A stretch of 64,000 nucleotides of DNA, taken from assembly GCA_028534125.1 (NCBI GenBank), contig CM052832.1:20648001-20712000 (forward strand). Reading direction: 5' to 3'. Of this stretch, positions 38,630-51,462 are shown in pieces. Below the pieces are notes generated by a model, which saw only the letters and a program-made list of their open reading frames with translations, made no database searches and was not told where the DNA came from. Both the position numbers and the translations under genes were made by a program. This DNA comes from Lama glama (lineage: Eukaryota). Position 1 is the stretch's first letter; every line of letters starts with the position of its first letter.

Positions 38630-38995
38630 AATTCAAAGAATCATATGAAACTAGTTTACCGAATCCTGCAAATACAAAAATATCTGAAAACAAGAATGAA
38701 ATATATAATTTTCAGAAGTTCAAAATTTAGTCTAGAAGTGATAAAATAGCCAAAAAGTTCAAATACAAAGAAAAGAGACAAGAATTGCTCAAAGATCCAG
38801 TCCCCTCCCCTTATCAAAAGCACCAGGACCACATGGTTTCACAGGGGAATTTTTCAAACTTTTAAAAACTTCATTCTAATGCAACTTAATCCATTCCATA
38901 GCATAGAAAAGGAAGGAAGACACGTATAGCATGGTTATTAATACCCAGTAAAGATTACACAATAAAGGAATTTTCAAGCCAGTCTTACCTTGTGA
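38630..38995 (+). mobile_element. Old L1 ORF2 fragment
   Basis: aaagcaccaggaccacatggtttcacaggggaattt encodes KAPGPHGFTGEF, matching the L1 ORF2 motif KSPGPDGFTGEF; followed by atagaaaaggaaggaa. Confidence 0.75.
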
Positions 38996-39214
38996 ACGTA
39001 CGTCCTGAGTGATTATTTCAGAGAGGCAAAGCAGATTTTAGGGGAATTCAATCTTGTGGCAAGGCAAGCCCCAAAAGAACGACCAGAAGCGACAACAAAA
39101 ATGACCCCACCAAAAGTACCTTGGGTCCCTTAATTACTTACAGATTGAATCTTCGAAGTAGGGACAAAGTAGCAGCAATTCCAGGAACTGTTTTTTGAAA
39201 TGCAGATTGCAGAT

Positions 39215-39372
39215 GACCTGCACAGTCATCACCTGAAATGCAGGTTAGAAATGCAGGTTCAGGAACCTGACCACACACTTCTGTGTGAGAATCATTTCTG
39301 CTGCGGCCCAGCGATCAGACTTTTAACAACTTTCGCAACGGATTTTTCTGGCGTCTAAGTTTAACCACTGTT
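39215..39372. mobile_element. MER5A-like element
   Basis: catcacctg...gttagaaatgcag...gcccagcgatc...ttttaacaa...aagtttaaccactg. Confidence 0.7.
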
Positions 39373-41473
39373 GTGCCTAAGGGGTGGCTCTACTCATGGA
39401 CCCTACCGTGTGGAACAACAATGTTACTTGCAATACCGACTTCATCAAGTGAGGCACTTATTTGCAATGGCTGTTTTTTAATAAAAATTTTATAAGTATG
39501 AACTAAAATTACTATCTTATTATTTTTTTTTAGAAACCACCATTAGTAGCCTCTTCTCCTACTGACTCAGCTTCATTATGATATAATACAAATAGACCGT
39601 TTGTTCATTCAATAACAATTATTTAGAAAGTACTTATCTATTTCCCTATACTAAATGATGTTGAAAATAATGCATTGTTTCTCTGCCTACTATATTTTTG
39701 TTTTCTATTTTATACAACTGCATGAATTTTAATAAGAATCAACACTCTCAAATATAACAAAATAATCTTTTAGTCACTTCTAATATACTGTCTTAAATCA
39801 ATTATAGCTAGATTAGCCGTAGATGCTGGCAAGAATCTAAAGTTGTTTTGCTCACACAAAGATTTTCTGGATTTGCTGTCAGGTAGATTATACTCAGTCA
39901 CGTTTTAACAGTACAAAAACAGCATTTTCCTATACAGATTTTATAGGCAAAAATTCACATTTGCTATAGAAGTAATCCCTTATTTTGCTCATGCCATTTA
40001 TTTCTTCTCCCATTTTTCATAAGGAAGTACATTCTTATTACTGTGGAGTCTTTCATTCATTTAACCAGGCATTCAACACTACAATATGCTAGTAACTTTT
40101 GACTGGTTAGGAAAGAGAAGAGAACAAAATTACGTTTCTGCCCTCATGTAACACGTTCATTTTCATTATTTTTATTTTATTAGTGTATTAGTAATTTTGG
40201 TTACTTATACCATGAGTAATATTAGAAAATGCATTAGTATTGTTTTGAATATAATATTTACTGTCAAGGTGATAGGTAACAACTATCTACTCTTTATCAG
40301 GACAAGAGTAAACTGAAAACAATACGGGAAGGCTTTGTTTCCTTCCTTTCACTTTGGGAAAGAGATAGAAACTCTGGAGTTGATCTTACCGTGAATAATG
40401 ACTATTCCTTAGAGGTTGTCTTTTATTATTTCCTCACTCACCAACTTCTGAAATTCCCACCCTACCGTTTCATGTAGGACCAATATATCACAGCTGTCAC
40501 TGACTCCATCTGTTGGTTTATTTAGAATGCTAGGCAGATTTTAATGACATCTTTGAGAGCTTTTTAAAAACCAATGCCTGCTCCCAATTTCCCCATCTCT
40601 CTTGAATGTATTACCATTTTCAAATTCAAAAACTCAGTAAAACCTATTAAGACATGATCATATTCACCAAAGTTAGAAAAAAATAACATGGATACAAGCT
40701 AGACTGTCTACTAATTATATTATGCTCATTCTTACCATGAAGTTATCGATTAGGACCTAGTTAATCCTAATTCTACCCTTTCTTCAAGCTCCTGATGAAG
40801 CTTCAGTCACCACATGAAGTCACTGTCACTAACTCTGGTCAACATCCCCATACACACTTTTTTACCCTTTGAGTCTAACACTTCATTTAAGTAATATTTT
40901 ATATTAAAACATAAACTATAGTGTTTTTCAGTGGTAAGAGTTGTTAAAATCATATTACAGAAAGTATTATATATAATAGCATCTCTATTATAAAGTACTA
41001 TGTATTATCTATGTATACATATATATAAAATCCTTCCATAAAGATACACATTAATAACTGGAATGACATCTATCAAAAATGTCAGCAGTGGTACATCTGA
41101 ATTATGTAACTGAAGAAGGTATGTGTGTGTGTTTTCTTTAGTTTTCTACATTTTCTAATATCCCATAATAAATGCCTGTTTCTTACTGAAAGTGGCATGA
41201 AGTATTTTTCATTGAAGATTGAGTCGTATGTCTCCAATAATGTTATATCCTGCTTGAGGGCAGGGTGCATATTGTATGTTCCTATAACTCTGCAACAACT
41301 TGCACTGACAGAAATACAGAGGATATAAGTACTAAGTCAGAATTTTGAATTGTATGGATTGCAGCAGAACAGAACAGAAACTAGTCTATTTATTATTATC
41401 TACATCAATAAAGACCAAACAGTAACCTGATTATCATCTCACTAGGAAATCTACTATCTTAAGACGTTAGATC

Positions 41474-41683
41474 TGTAGTTGTCATCTGGGTGAAGTACTG
41501 TCTGCTCTACTATAGAGAGTTTTGAAATGTTTTAGTTTGTGTTTTTATTGTCCAGTGATGTGGGTTAGGCACACATGGCATTTAGTAGGTGTTAGATACT
41601 AAATATCCTATGACTTTCAGCACGTATCCACACAAAGAATTATCTCACTCAGAATGCCAGTTAAATGCTGTTAAGAAAGTTGG
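41474..41683. mobile_element. MER20-like element
   Basis: tggcatttagtagg...gatactaaatatcct...cacacaaagaattatc...agaatgccag...gttaagaaa. Confidence 0.65.
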
Positions 41684-41780
41684 TTGGATGAACCATTTAT
41701 TTCCTTCTTGTAAAAAAAAAATGAGCAAATGAAAAATCAAGGCATTATGATTTCATATTAGACCACATACTTAAAGAGTG

Positions 41781-42217
41781 TGTGGCAGATTAAAGATGAC
41801 CTCAATTCTTTGACACTCTTCCCGTCAAGAGGAGTGCTCCCTTTGACAGCTTTGGCCAATGGAGTAAGATAGAAGTGAAGTAAAGCCAGTTCCTGGACCT
41901 AACCTTTAAGAGAATGGTACTTCTGCCCTTCTAGAATCTAACCACCAGATAAAAAGGAAAATTATTTGAGACCACCTTGCCATGAGGAGCTCAACCACAC
42001 ACAGAGACACTGGAAAATGAGACACCATGTGGAGAATGATAAGTCAAGGAACAAGGAGGGGCCAGATGTGACACTTCACGAAGAAGGCTCATGGAACTAG
42101 ATCCTCCAACCCCAGATGACTCACATGGATAAGGTGAACTGCCCAGCTGAGTCCCTCTTAAATCCTTGACTCCCACACAACTGTCAGCAAATTGAAATGG
42201 CTGTTGTAAGCCACTAA
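41781..42217 (+). mobile_element. MLT1 (G/H-like) LTR, 3'-truncated
   Basis: tgtggcagattaaagatg...ttctttgacactcttccc...gctttggccaat...gaactgcccagctgag...aaatggctgttgtaagccactaa. Confidence 0.82.
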
Positions 42218-42924
42218 AAAATCCTCCTTTTATCTTCAGTGCATCTCCTTCATTTCCTGGAAATTCAAAATGGAGGACATGTTGGACTTTAACATGTTTC
42301 TAGAGAACACATATGTTTTCTTTGCAATAAACAAGTAGACCTCAAATCTCTCAACAGAATGCTGGCAACTATTTCAAGCATTGGTTTCACCCCCCAAATG
42401 ATCCTATTTCTGAGGCAGTTATCAGCTATAATTATCTACCAAACTCTAGCTAATGAAAATGGACATAAACTAGCCATTGTGCTGATTGTGACTCCATTAG
42501 GACATGAGTTAATTTAATTTAATTCTATGACATACCATTAGTCATATACATGTCTCCAGTACTGAATTGAAAACTCCTTCAGGGCAGGAACATGTCTGCT
42601 GCATTTTTGTGTGTGTTCCACCCTAACACGCAGTGCCATGCATATGGGATGTGGTCAGCAAACATTTGTGGATGATTATAACACAGTCTACCACTAGAAA
42701 TTAATTACATGGTCAAATTCAGCATCACCTCCTTCTAGTCTTCTATTTGAAAGCCCTAATGCTCTTGCATGATTTCTGGGTAGTCCTAGAATCCTCGCCC
42801 TTGAATGACTTTATAATATGTCATCTAGTCAAATGTCATTATTTTGCAGATGAAGAAATACGCCAAGAGGTGAGTGACTGGCTCAAATTCATGCAGTTAT
42901 TTAGTGCTTAATAAAGTCATTACA

Positions 42925-43114
42925 GCAGATACAAACTACTGTATATAAAATAGATAACAACAAGGCCCTACAACTATATTCAATATCCTGTAATAATCTA
43001 TAATGAAAAAGAGTGTGAATGAATCACTATGCTGTACACCAGAAACTAATACAACATTGTAAATCAACTATACTTTGATTTTTAAAGTGAAATTAAAAGA
43101 AAATAACACAAAAA
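42925..43114 (+). mobile_element. L1 3' end with a 16-bp TSD
   Basis: gcagatacaaactactgtatataaaatagataacaacaagg...gctgtacaccagaaactaatacaacattgtaaatcaactatact; TSD taataaag(t/a)cattaca at 42909-42924 and 43115-43130. Confidence 0.9.
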
Positions 43115-44574
43115 TAATAAAGACATTACAAACTTTGAATGATTTCCTTTAACAGGTTGCTGGTGGGTAGACCAGGACAGCCAGAGGGTACTGGAGCTTC
43201 TGAGAAGTGGAAGATCTAAAGTGTAGGAAGTGGCAAAAATGGTAGTCGTGGGGATTTCAGAGAATCCAGTTACATCTTAATCTATCTGGAACACGAGCCA
43301 ATGTGGGACAATATCACTCACAAAATTTTAAGAAAAGACTCCTAAAAGTCATAAATGCTGTGAAGGGGCTGGATGGATAGAAGAGGCAATAAAAATTTCT
43401 TTTTTAATTACTTGTATAGAGTAAATCATAAAACCAGTATCTCTGCTTTGAGACTCCTCATTAACAGCTGTTTATTGTACTGTGAATTACTGCAAGATAA
43501 TGGATGCAAGATGCTAGCTTGATATTCGTGCTTCCACTTCTCAAATGAACCTGACTGTCCAAAACAGGGAACAAACAAGAACGGAAAGTCTGACCTCAGA
43601 TGCAGAACAAATTCTCTATCTTACCCTTCCTTTGGGTGTTTTTTAGTCAAAATAGATTAGGATGGTTTGAAAAACGAACTAGTGAAAGTACCAGTGTAGA
43701 CGATGTGTAAATTTCCTTGAAAATTCCAAGCAAACTCGAACTAGGTTTTTATCTCTATGTCCCCACAATCCCAGAATGAGAACATATTTGAAGCTGATTT
43801 CTCTCCATGAAGAATCCAAAATGGACTTGAAGTCTGTCTATAAAAACAGTGAATGACAGAACTTAAGCATAACAAAGGACAGTGTCATTTTTTTAATCTG
43901 CATCACCACACCAAATAAAAAGAAACCACTCAGCTCTAAATGGGTAAGGGAAACTCACCATGTCCTTAATCAAAGTAGGAGACCCAGCCCTTGGAGATAC
44001 CACTTTGAAGAGTAAATCCCAATGAGTCTGCTCATCAAGTCATGATAGGAATCATGATTTAGCATATCCCAGGCAACACAGGACATATACATTCTCCTTA
44101 ATCCTTACCACAACCCCCCAGTAGGGGGAAGAAGGTATTGCTTCTACTTTTAAACATAAAAGACCCCTCATGCCTGCAAAGGTCAAGTGTCTCTCTCAAG
44201 GTTATGCAGCTTATTAATGGTGAAAAAAAAAATCCAATGAGTTTTATTTTGAAAGATGCATATGCCAACACATCCTCTCACCAGTTCTATAAAGCAGATG
44301 ATATTATCTTCATTTTAATGATGAGGTAACTGAGACCCAGAAAGTAAATTACAAAGCTCAAATAAATAGAGGTAATAGGAGGCAGACTGGAAATCTTATC
44401 CAGGGCCATCTAACTTCAACATACTTATTTTTTCCACTGCAGCACCTTGTCTTCAATATGTATCTTATTCTCACTATTTTACCCTTTGATAAATAAGACT
44501 AGCACACTAATAATAAGTTAGGAGCCTACTATCCAAAAAACTCTCGGCTCCTCAGCTCAAGACAGTTGTTTGCA

Positions 44575-44790
44575 CAGTTACAAAATAAATGAGGCATGGG
44601 GATGAAGTGTACAGCACAGAGAATACAGTCAATAATAATCTGATATATTTGTATGGTCACAGAGGGTAACTAGACTTATTATGGTGATTCTCTGGTAATG
44701 TACAGATAGATCCAATCACTCTGTTGTGTACCTGGAACTAAGATAGTGGTGTGGGTCAATTACACTTTGATTTAAAAAAAAAAAAGAAAT
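44575..44790 (+). mobile_element. L1 3' end with poly(A)
   Basis: gttacaaaataaatgag...gatgaagtgtacagca...aactagacttatt...gtcaattacact followed by an A-run; possible TSD gtttgcaca at 44568 and 44805. Confidence 0.85.
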
Positions 44791-44809
44791 ATTACTTTTT
44801 GAAAGTTTG

Positions 44810-45100
44810 CACACTGTGTAATTCCATAATATATAGCACCTTTGAAATGACAACAAATAGAGGTGAAGAGGAGGTTAGTGGTCACCAATGGTTAGGAAGG
44901 AGCCAGTGAGGGAGGAAGATGCCTGTCGCTCTGAAACGATGACTGAAGGGACCCCTGAGATGGAACAAGCCTGTATCCTGACTGTGGCAGCAGCTACACA
45001 AATCTATACGTGGGATAAAATCGCATAGAACTAAACATTCACACACGAATAAGTGCATGTTAAAGCAGTGAAATCTAAATAAAGTTAATGATTGTTTAAA
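44810..45100 (+). mobile_element. Old L1 (L1MC/MD-like) 3' UTR fragment
   Basis: tgaaatgacaa...gttagtggtcacca...ctgtatcctgactgtgg...tacacaaatctatacgtgggataaaatcgcatagaac. Confidence 0.75.
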
Positions 45101-45209
45101 AAAAATTGCTACCAAAAAAAAAAAAAAAGACTATCATTTACAGCCCACGTCATCACCAGCAATGAAACAAAGATGCTCACGGGGGAGCAGGCAAGCACCC
45201 CTAGTGCAG

Positions 45210-45635
45210 CCCTTCAGTATCAGCTAGAACAAGCTGGGCTGATGCTGCTGCATAAGCAAGAACCCGGTGATCTTAGCTGTTTAACAAAACAGACGTGAGG
45301 TCTGGCAGTGGGGCCAGGCCATTCTCCATGCAGGCACCCTCCACACAGCAACCCCACAATCCAAGGGACTTTGACCTTAAGGTTGTTCCATCCCAACGTG
45401 AGGCCTCCACGTTCTCCACAGCAAGGACGAAATGGACCAGAAAATCCTGCCGGGGCTTTTCAGGGCCTCAGTCCAGAACTGACAGGTGTTGCTTCCTCTC
45501 ACATTTCATTAGCCAGAATCCATCATCTACCACCACATAACTCAGAGGGGCTAGGAGGTGTGATGTGCCGTGTACCCAAGTTAGAGGAAAATCAACTGAA
45601 ATTTGGTGAACACAAAGCATATCTCTGCCACCTCT
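45210..45635 (-). mobile_element. Old MLT1-like LTR remnant
   Basis: atcagctagaacaagctgggctgatgctgc...atcttagctgtttaacaaaac...cttcctctcacatttcattagccagaa...atatttggtgaaca. Confidence 0.6.
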
Positions 45636-48120
45636 TCAGAGGTAGTTCCAGACTATACAAGAAAACAGTGAAAATGGAAGAATTAGCAAGTAAGCTCACA
45701 GATTTATAATTAGAAAGAACTGATCTAGAGGAAGAGACATAAAGCCTCACTAGAAATTTACTGATTCAGCTAAGAAAAGAGGAGGAAAGAGTTATAAACT
45801 ACAAATGCCAGAAAAAAAATAAAAACTTTTTTAAAAATATGCTAATTAAAGAAAGGAAAACTGACACATAAACGTGCAAGGTGATCTTAAGTCTTTCACT
45901 TTAACGGCAAAAGTGAAAGATAAATCCAGGACTATCTTTCTGTAGGGTGAGAGTTTGTGCATCATTTCAGTCATTCACTTTGTGATCCAATTTCTCAAAT
46001 TCTATGTAGTATCTCCCTTCTTCACAGCACCGAACAAAGTTCTATGGCAAGGCTAAAGAAATCCAGAGATATTCCAAACCTCTAAAAGATGACAGTGTAA
46101 TAGATGAGAAAAACAGACATTCCTGAAATAAAAGGACAAGGTCACTGATGGTGGAATCTCAAAGTAAGCCATGAAAACACCAGGGCTAGAAAGAACCACT
46201 GGGGTCTCCCCCAAAGGCAGATGCTGTTTTCCCAGTGGTTTGTATTGTGTCCAGCACGTGATACATTTCCCCTGGCTGCTCCCTTTAATCTCTGCCTGGC
46301 AGTGTGGTCATTCAGTCTTTTATGCTGCCTTGGAAGCCTGCATTAAATACTCCTGAGCAGAAAAATCCAGAACGAAGAAAGTAGATAACACAGAGGCTTG
46401 TCAGCCCCACTCATCACATACGTCAGTGAAAGCAACAGACAAAACCTTTAAGCTGAACCGCTCTCCGCCTGTGTCAGCCCACCTTGTAAGTAAGTGACAC
46501 CTGCCAAGACCGTGTCTGGAAAACCATCTCTTCCTCGCTTGGTCCTAATGAACATTCTTATATGAGAAACAGAAAGACAGTAAAAGACAGAAATGTTCAG
46601 ATTAATTTCAATAAGCCTTTCAGAAGTCACAGTCTATGCTTAGCAAAGTGATTTTCAGCTGACTTTATCTTATTAGTGAGGACCCTGGGGAAATTCTGTG
46701 GGTAAATCCTTTTCAGCTTTACCATGCAGAGGAAACAGTTTCCATCTTTAAAGTGTATACTTTTTTTTTCCCCCAGAGCCTAAACCTGGCCTTAGAGAAA
46801 GTTCTCCTTGGAGAGATCTAATTCCAGAGGTCTGATTTGTCCACAGACAATTTTATGGTTTATTAATTTCTGCCAGTTTCTTCCCTATTACATATAAAAA
46901 GAAAGAAGGAAAATAGAGGGAAAATTCTATAGCCACTTTTAACCAAAATCAACTTTTTCAGGGCAAGAATGAATTCTATTCACTTGTAATGAATTATGGA
47001 TCAAAGAATTATGTATTACTTTCTTTTCCAGAAAACTTAAGGAAGTTTTCTCTTTAAAGATGTTTTAATGAGTCACAGGTTTAGTGAATTGATTGCATTA
47101 GTTGGGGGTGGGAGGGTGATTCTTGGTTACTAAAAAAGACCTGTCTCTCCATCATTTGGAAGTGGGACTTTTGGAAAACTTCAGCCTTTTTTCACTGGGG
47201 TGAAAGGAAAGTAGGGGAGGAGAAAGTAAAATAGGTATTTTCCAAGCACCCAATTTTGTAATTTTTCCTCCTGTATAATAATAATTCAAATTCATGTAAC
47301 TTACAAGCCCTTGTGGTTGAAGAGAGAATACAACTGGGAAGTCTGAATACAGCGTCCTCAGGTACCTTATTAAACTCAAAAACACAGCTTCCTCCAAAAG
47401 TCTGTCATCTTCCCTCCTCTCTCTCTCCCTTTATGTTACCTCAATCATCAAGGTCTGTGAGAGAGATTTTTAATGATGCCTAATTACATGATGGATGCAT
47501 GAAACAACGTAATGCTTACATCCAAGTAACAATTTAGCCAATATGATACTCCCTCTGTTTGTCACTGCCACCGGGCCTCGTTTCAGATTCTCTAAATTAA
47601 TACAGTGATTTGATTGTTTAGCCTTCATAGTTTTGCCTCTTTGTAATTCACCACTTACCTAGACTTCAAAAAAGAAAGGATTTAAGTAGTATATGGCTTG
47701 ATTTTGTTGTTGTCGTTTGTTTTATTTCAATATTGACACCTACATAGAGGGTATTACAATCCTGGATTGCAGTGATCATTCTGGCCTCTTCTTATTTTAA
47801 GCATATGAAGAAATATATCGAGATTCTTATAACCTTCTTTACAGTTGTCTGCACATGCTTGTCGTGACTCGTAAGACAAGATTTACACCTCAGTGCTGTC
47901 CCCAAATGGCTGGGCCCAGGCAGACTCCGCTTCTATTTGTCTAGGTAACTGATAAGCGCAATTTCCTTGTCTTATGTGCAATGCAAATCCAGAGCCAGAA
48001 GGATTTCTTCACCAAACAACTGTCCTCCTCTTTCTCTCCCGCCAGGTTCTCTCCCTTTAGAGCCCTATGCCTTTCAACATATAAAACACTCCCTGATACA
48101 GACTAATTATAGTCTCTTCC

Positions 48121-48602
48121 TGTTACCGAACCAAACTTGGGTCTGCTCGTTGACATACAGTAAGGCCAGTCTATCGACACTGAGTTGTGGTGAAGGAAAG
48201 ACCAGTGTTTTGCAGGGCACTTAACATGGTGAGGCCAAACGCTGGAGGGGCCAACGTGGGGCCAAGCAAGGAGAATGGGCAGGTCATGCTCAAATGCCCA
48301 AACCCCTGACAGCTTTCAGGGAGAATGTTTTTGTTTCTACATTTTATTTCATTTATTTTTATTGAATGAAAAATTATTTGAATTCTACAATGCTTTACAA
48401 TTTTCAAAAGTTTCATACACATGATTTCATATAATCTCATAATAACCCCTTTCCCCCCCAACTCTATTTCCCCTTCTCTCAAGAGGAAAAGAAAAAGAAA
48501 AGCTAAAGCTTTTCTACAAATACGAGGCGGGCAGACATAATGGAGAGAAGGGAGAGGTATCTGTTCCCCGGGGAAGGCCCTGTGGGGTCCTGCTCGGTTT
48601 CA
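48121..48602 (-). mobile_element. ERV1-class solo LTR, interrupted by a retroposon insert
   Basis: TG...CA termini (tgttaccgaaccaaacttgggt... ...ggtcctgctcggtttca), 4-bp flanks ttcc/ctcc; gttgtggtgaaggaaag and gccaagcaaggagaa motifs seen in Laurasiatherian ERV1 LTRs. Confidence 0.75.
48342..48485 (-). mobile_element. Non-LTR retroposon 3' end (L1/HAL1-like) inserted in the LTR
   Basis: Minus strand reads ggggttattatgagattatatgaaatcatgtgtatgaaacttttgaaaattgtaaagcattgtaga...tcattcAATAAA plus an A-rich tail. Confidence 0.65.
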
Positions 48603-49229
48603 CTCCCTAGGGATCAAGACAAAAACTGGTTTGGGAAAGGCCCACTGGAGCCTAGAAAAGGCCCTCATAGGTCTGCATGGATGCAGACAGTGTTCTGAGG
48701 TTTCTGTCACACTGAGAGGTCACGTTTAGTTCGGCTGGATGATAATTTCTTGCCTGTCGTGTTCCAAGTGCCAAACTAAGATAGGAGGATACACAGACAA
48801 AGTTGTGCCTCCGTGCTGTTATATAATCTCAAAAGGGCTACACGCACTTGGCAAACAACCTCAGCCCTGATGAAGTGTTGTGGAAGATGGGAAAACCTAC
48901 TGCATCCAAAAAAAAATCCCAATGAACAGGGAGGTACCTGGGGAGGCTTCCTGCAGGTGATCAGTGAGTCAAACCCCAAGGATCAGTGGAAGTTACTATA
49001 TATAACCCGTGGGAAAAGGTCCTGCAGGCAGAGGAAACAGCACTGCCTGAATAGAGACATGCATGAAGGATGAGAGATGTTGGTATATTTCATGTTAATA
49101 CAGTCAGTCCTTAGGGTAGACAAAGTTAATACTTTGCATGATCTACCAAATACTTACTCTCTATCCAAAGGAAAGCTGTGGAAGCATTTCAATGGCAGAA
49201 TGAAAGAAGAAGAATTGACTGAGCTTGAT

Positions 49230-49600
49230 GATTGACAGATTAATTCAACAACCAGTTTTTCAAAGCCTACTGTGTTCCGGGCACTCTAAGAGTGTGAAAT
49301 ATAACTATAAGCTAGGTCTAATCCTGCCTTTACATTGCTTCCAGCCCAGCAGCTATATGGCACAAAGAATAGGAGGAAGGAAAGGAGTCACTGAAAATGA
49401 ACACAAGGTTTCTGACTTGGGCAACCAGTGAGCAGTGGTGCTATTTACAGAAACGGGGCACAGAGGGAAGAAGATAATAACAAGTTCCGTTTGGAACATC
49501 CTTTCTTTCAAGTGCCTGCCAAGTAACTAAGAGGAAATGTACAACAGATAGCTCAGACTGGAGATATAAATTTGGGAGTCACTGGGATCTAGGTATTTGT
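49230..49600 (-). mobile_element. L2 fragments
   Basis: attcaacaaccagttttt...cctactgtgttccgggcact; aaggtttctgacttgggcaaccagtg...ggagatataaatttgggagtca. Confidence 0.8.
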
Positions 49601-49605
49601 CTAAC

Positions 49606-50047
49606 CAGGAGTTGGCAAACTACAGGCAGGAAACCAAATCCAGACCAAAACTTGTATTTGTGTGGCCCTTGGGCCCTCACACTGGGAGCCATAGAGGCTA
49701 CGCTAGGATGTCCCCTTCTACCCCAGTTCCCCCTTTTGCTCACAATGCCTACCCTCTGACTAGTGGTTACCCATCCTTTCCCATCCCCACCCCTTGAGCC
49801 CCATACACTCCTGCAAGCCCAATAAGACCCATTCCCTGGGACTAGAGAACGTCTCCAGTTGGCAACAGTTGTGAGCTATACACCCATCACCCAGGAGGAC
49901 CCAAATGCATTCAACTGGACTGTAGTGAGGTAAGAGTTTTCTCTCTTATCATATAAGTACCTAAATAGTATCTTCAGTTTTGCTCTTGATCCACGAAGTC
50001 TCAAGCATTTACTATTTGGCCCTTTGAAATAAAAAAGGTTTGCCACT
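49606..50047. mobile_element. MER58-family hAT-Charlie element (longer form)
   Basis: caggagttggcaaactacagg...ccaaatccag...; far end atttactatttggcccttt...aggtttgcca. Confidence 0.6.
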
Positions 50048-50958
50048 AAACTGTGACAATGAAAATAACTAGTCTTTGTAAGTTATGTCACTGGAATTCA
50101 ATTCAGATTAAAAAACATATTTTCAACCTATCCAGAGGTTTTAAGCTGGAAATACTAAAAACTGAAAACATGCATTACACATCACAGAAGGACTTTACTC
50201 CACTCTCCCCTCCTTTTTAATCTGGAGAAAGAAAAATAAAAGCTAATTAATCAGGATAACCAAATCCCACCTTGAAGATACTGTAACTTGATCTGAGGTG
50301 TACTTTCACCAGTGCACATGGTTTAGTGTATTTATTTATAAAGGAAAGACATTGAGGTACTGTGTCTATGGCAACCAAACAACGACTTAAAAAGTTAAAA
50401 ACCAACTATCTCTTTGATGATTTGGTTTTTACAATTCCAGGCTCCCAGCACAGCCAGTCTGGTCACCTGGAAAGACGGGTGGCTCTGGTCACCTGAAGAG
50501 TTCTACCAGCTGCTCTACCGGTATACACACTTGATTAAAAGAAAAAAAAAAATTTTTTTGGACACCATAACAGCTAAGTTGTGCAGACTAAAACGTGGAA
50601 GAGTCTGAGAAGTATGTGGGAGGTAATTAAGTGTTATTAGAAGCAAACGGAACCTAATTTGACCAAATAGCCAAGTGCGGTGTGGTCTTTTGAAAACATT
50701 TCCAAATACAGGAACCAAATTTGATCCTTTAAGTCCTTCTTCTCTTTAGGATGTATGTTTATTCAAAGAACAGATGGGGAGGAAAATCAGAAAAAGACTT
50801 TGGTCGACCCACATAAAACAGCATATATGAGTGTGGGCACGAAGGGAGATGAGTTTTGGAAGGATTTTCATTTGTTTGATGTGTGGAGATAAACTTTGGG
50901 AAGTGAGGAAGCACTGACTTTATTTAATCTCTCCCAGGGAGGAGCTTCAGAAGGCTCT

Positions 50959-50990
<32 letters not shown>

Positions 50991-51130
50991 GAAAGCAAGC
51001 TCCCTTAGTAAGCACATACTTCTATGCGCTCAGATCTTTGGTATTTTCCAGAATAATAAAAGGAAGCATTTCCAGGACTAGAGTTACTGGGTACTATGGG
51101 ATAGGAAGAAAATTTAAGAATGGACATAAA

Positions 51131-51462
51131 TGAACTTACTTACAAAACAGAAACAGACTCAGACATAGAAAACAAACTCATGGTTACCAGGGGGAAAGGA
51201 GGTGGGAAGGGATACATTGGGAGTTCAGGATTTGCAGATACTAACTACTATACATAAAATACATAAACATCAAGTTTATACTGTATAGCACAGGGAACTA
51301 TATTCAGTATCTTATAGTAACCTACAATAAAAAAGAACATGAAAAGGAATATATGTATGTATCTGTATGACTGAAACATGATGCTGTACACCAGAAATTG
51401 ACACATTGTAAACTGACCATACTTCAATTAAAAAAAGGTTTTAAAAAAAAGAATTAAAAAAA
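51131..51462 (+). mobile_element. Young camelid-type L1 3' UTR with a 15-bp TSD
   Basis: tgaacttacttacaaaacagaaacagactc...gatttgcagatactaactacta...aactgaccatacttcaattaaaaaaa; TSD aagaatgga(c/t)ataaa at 51116-51130 and 51463-51477. Confidence 0.93.
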
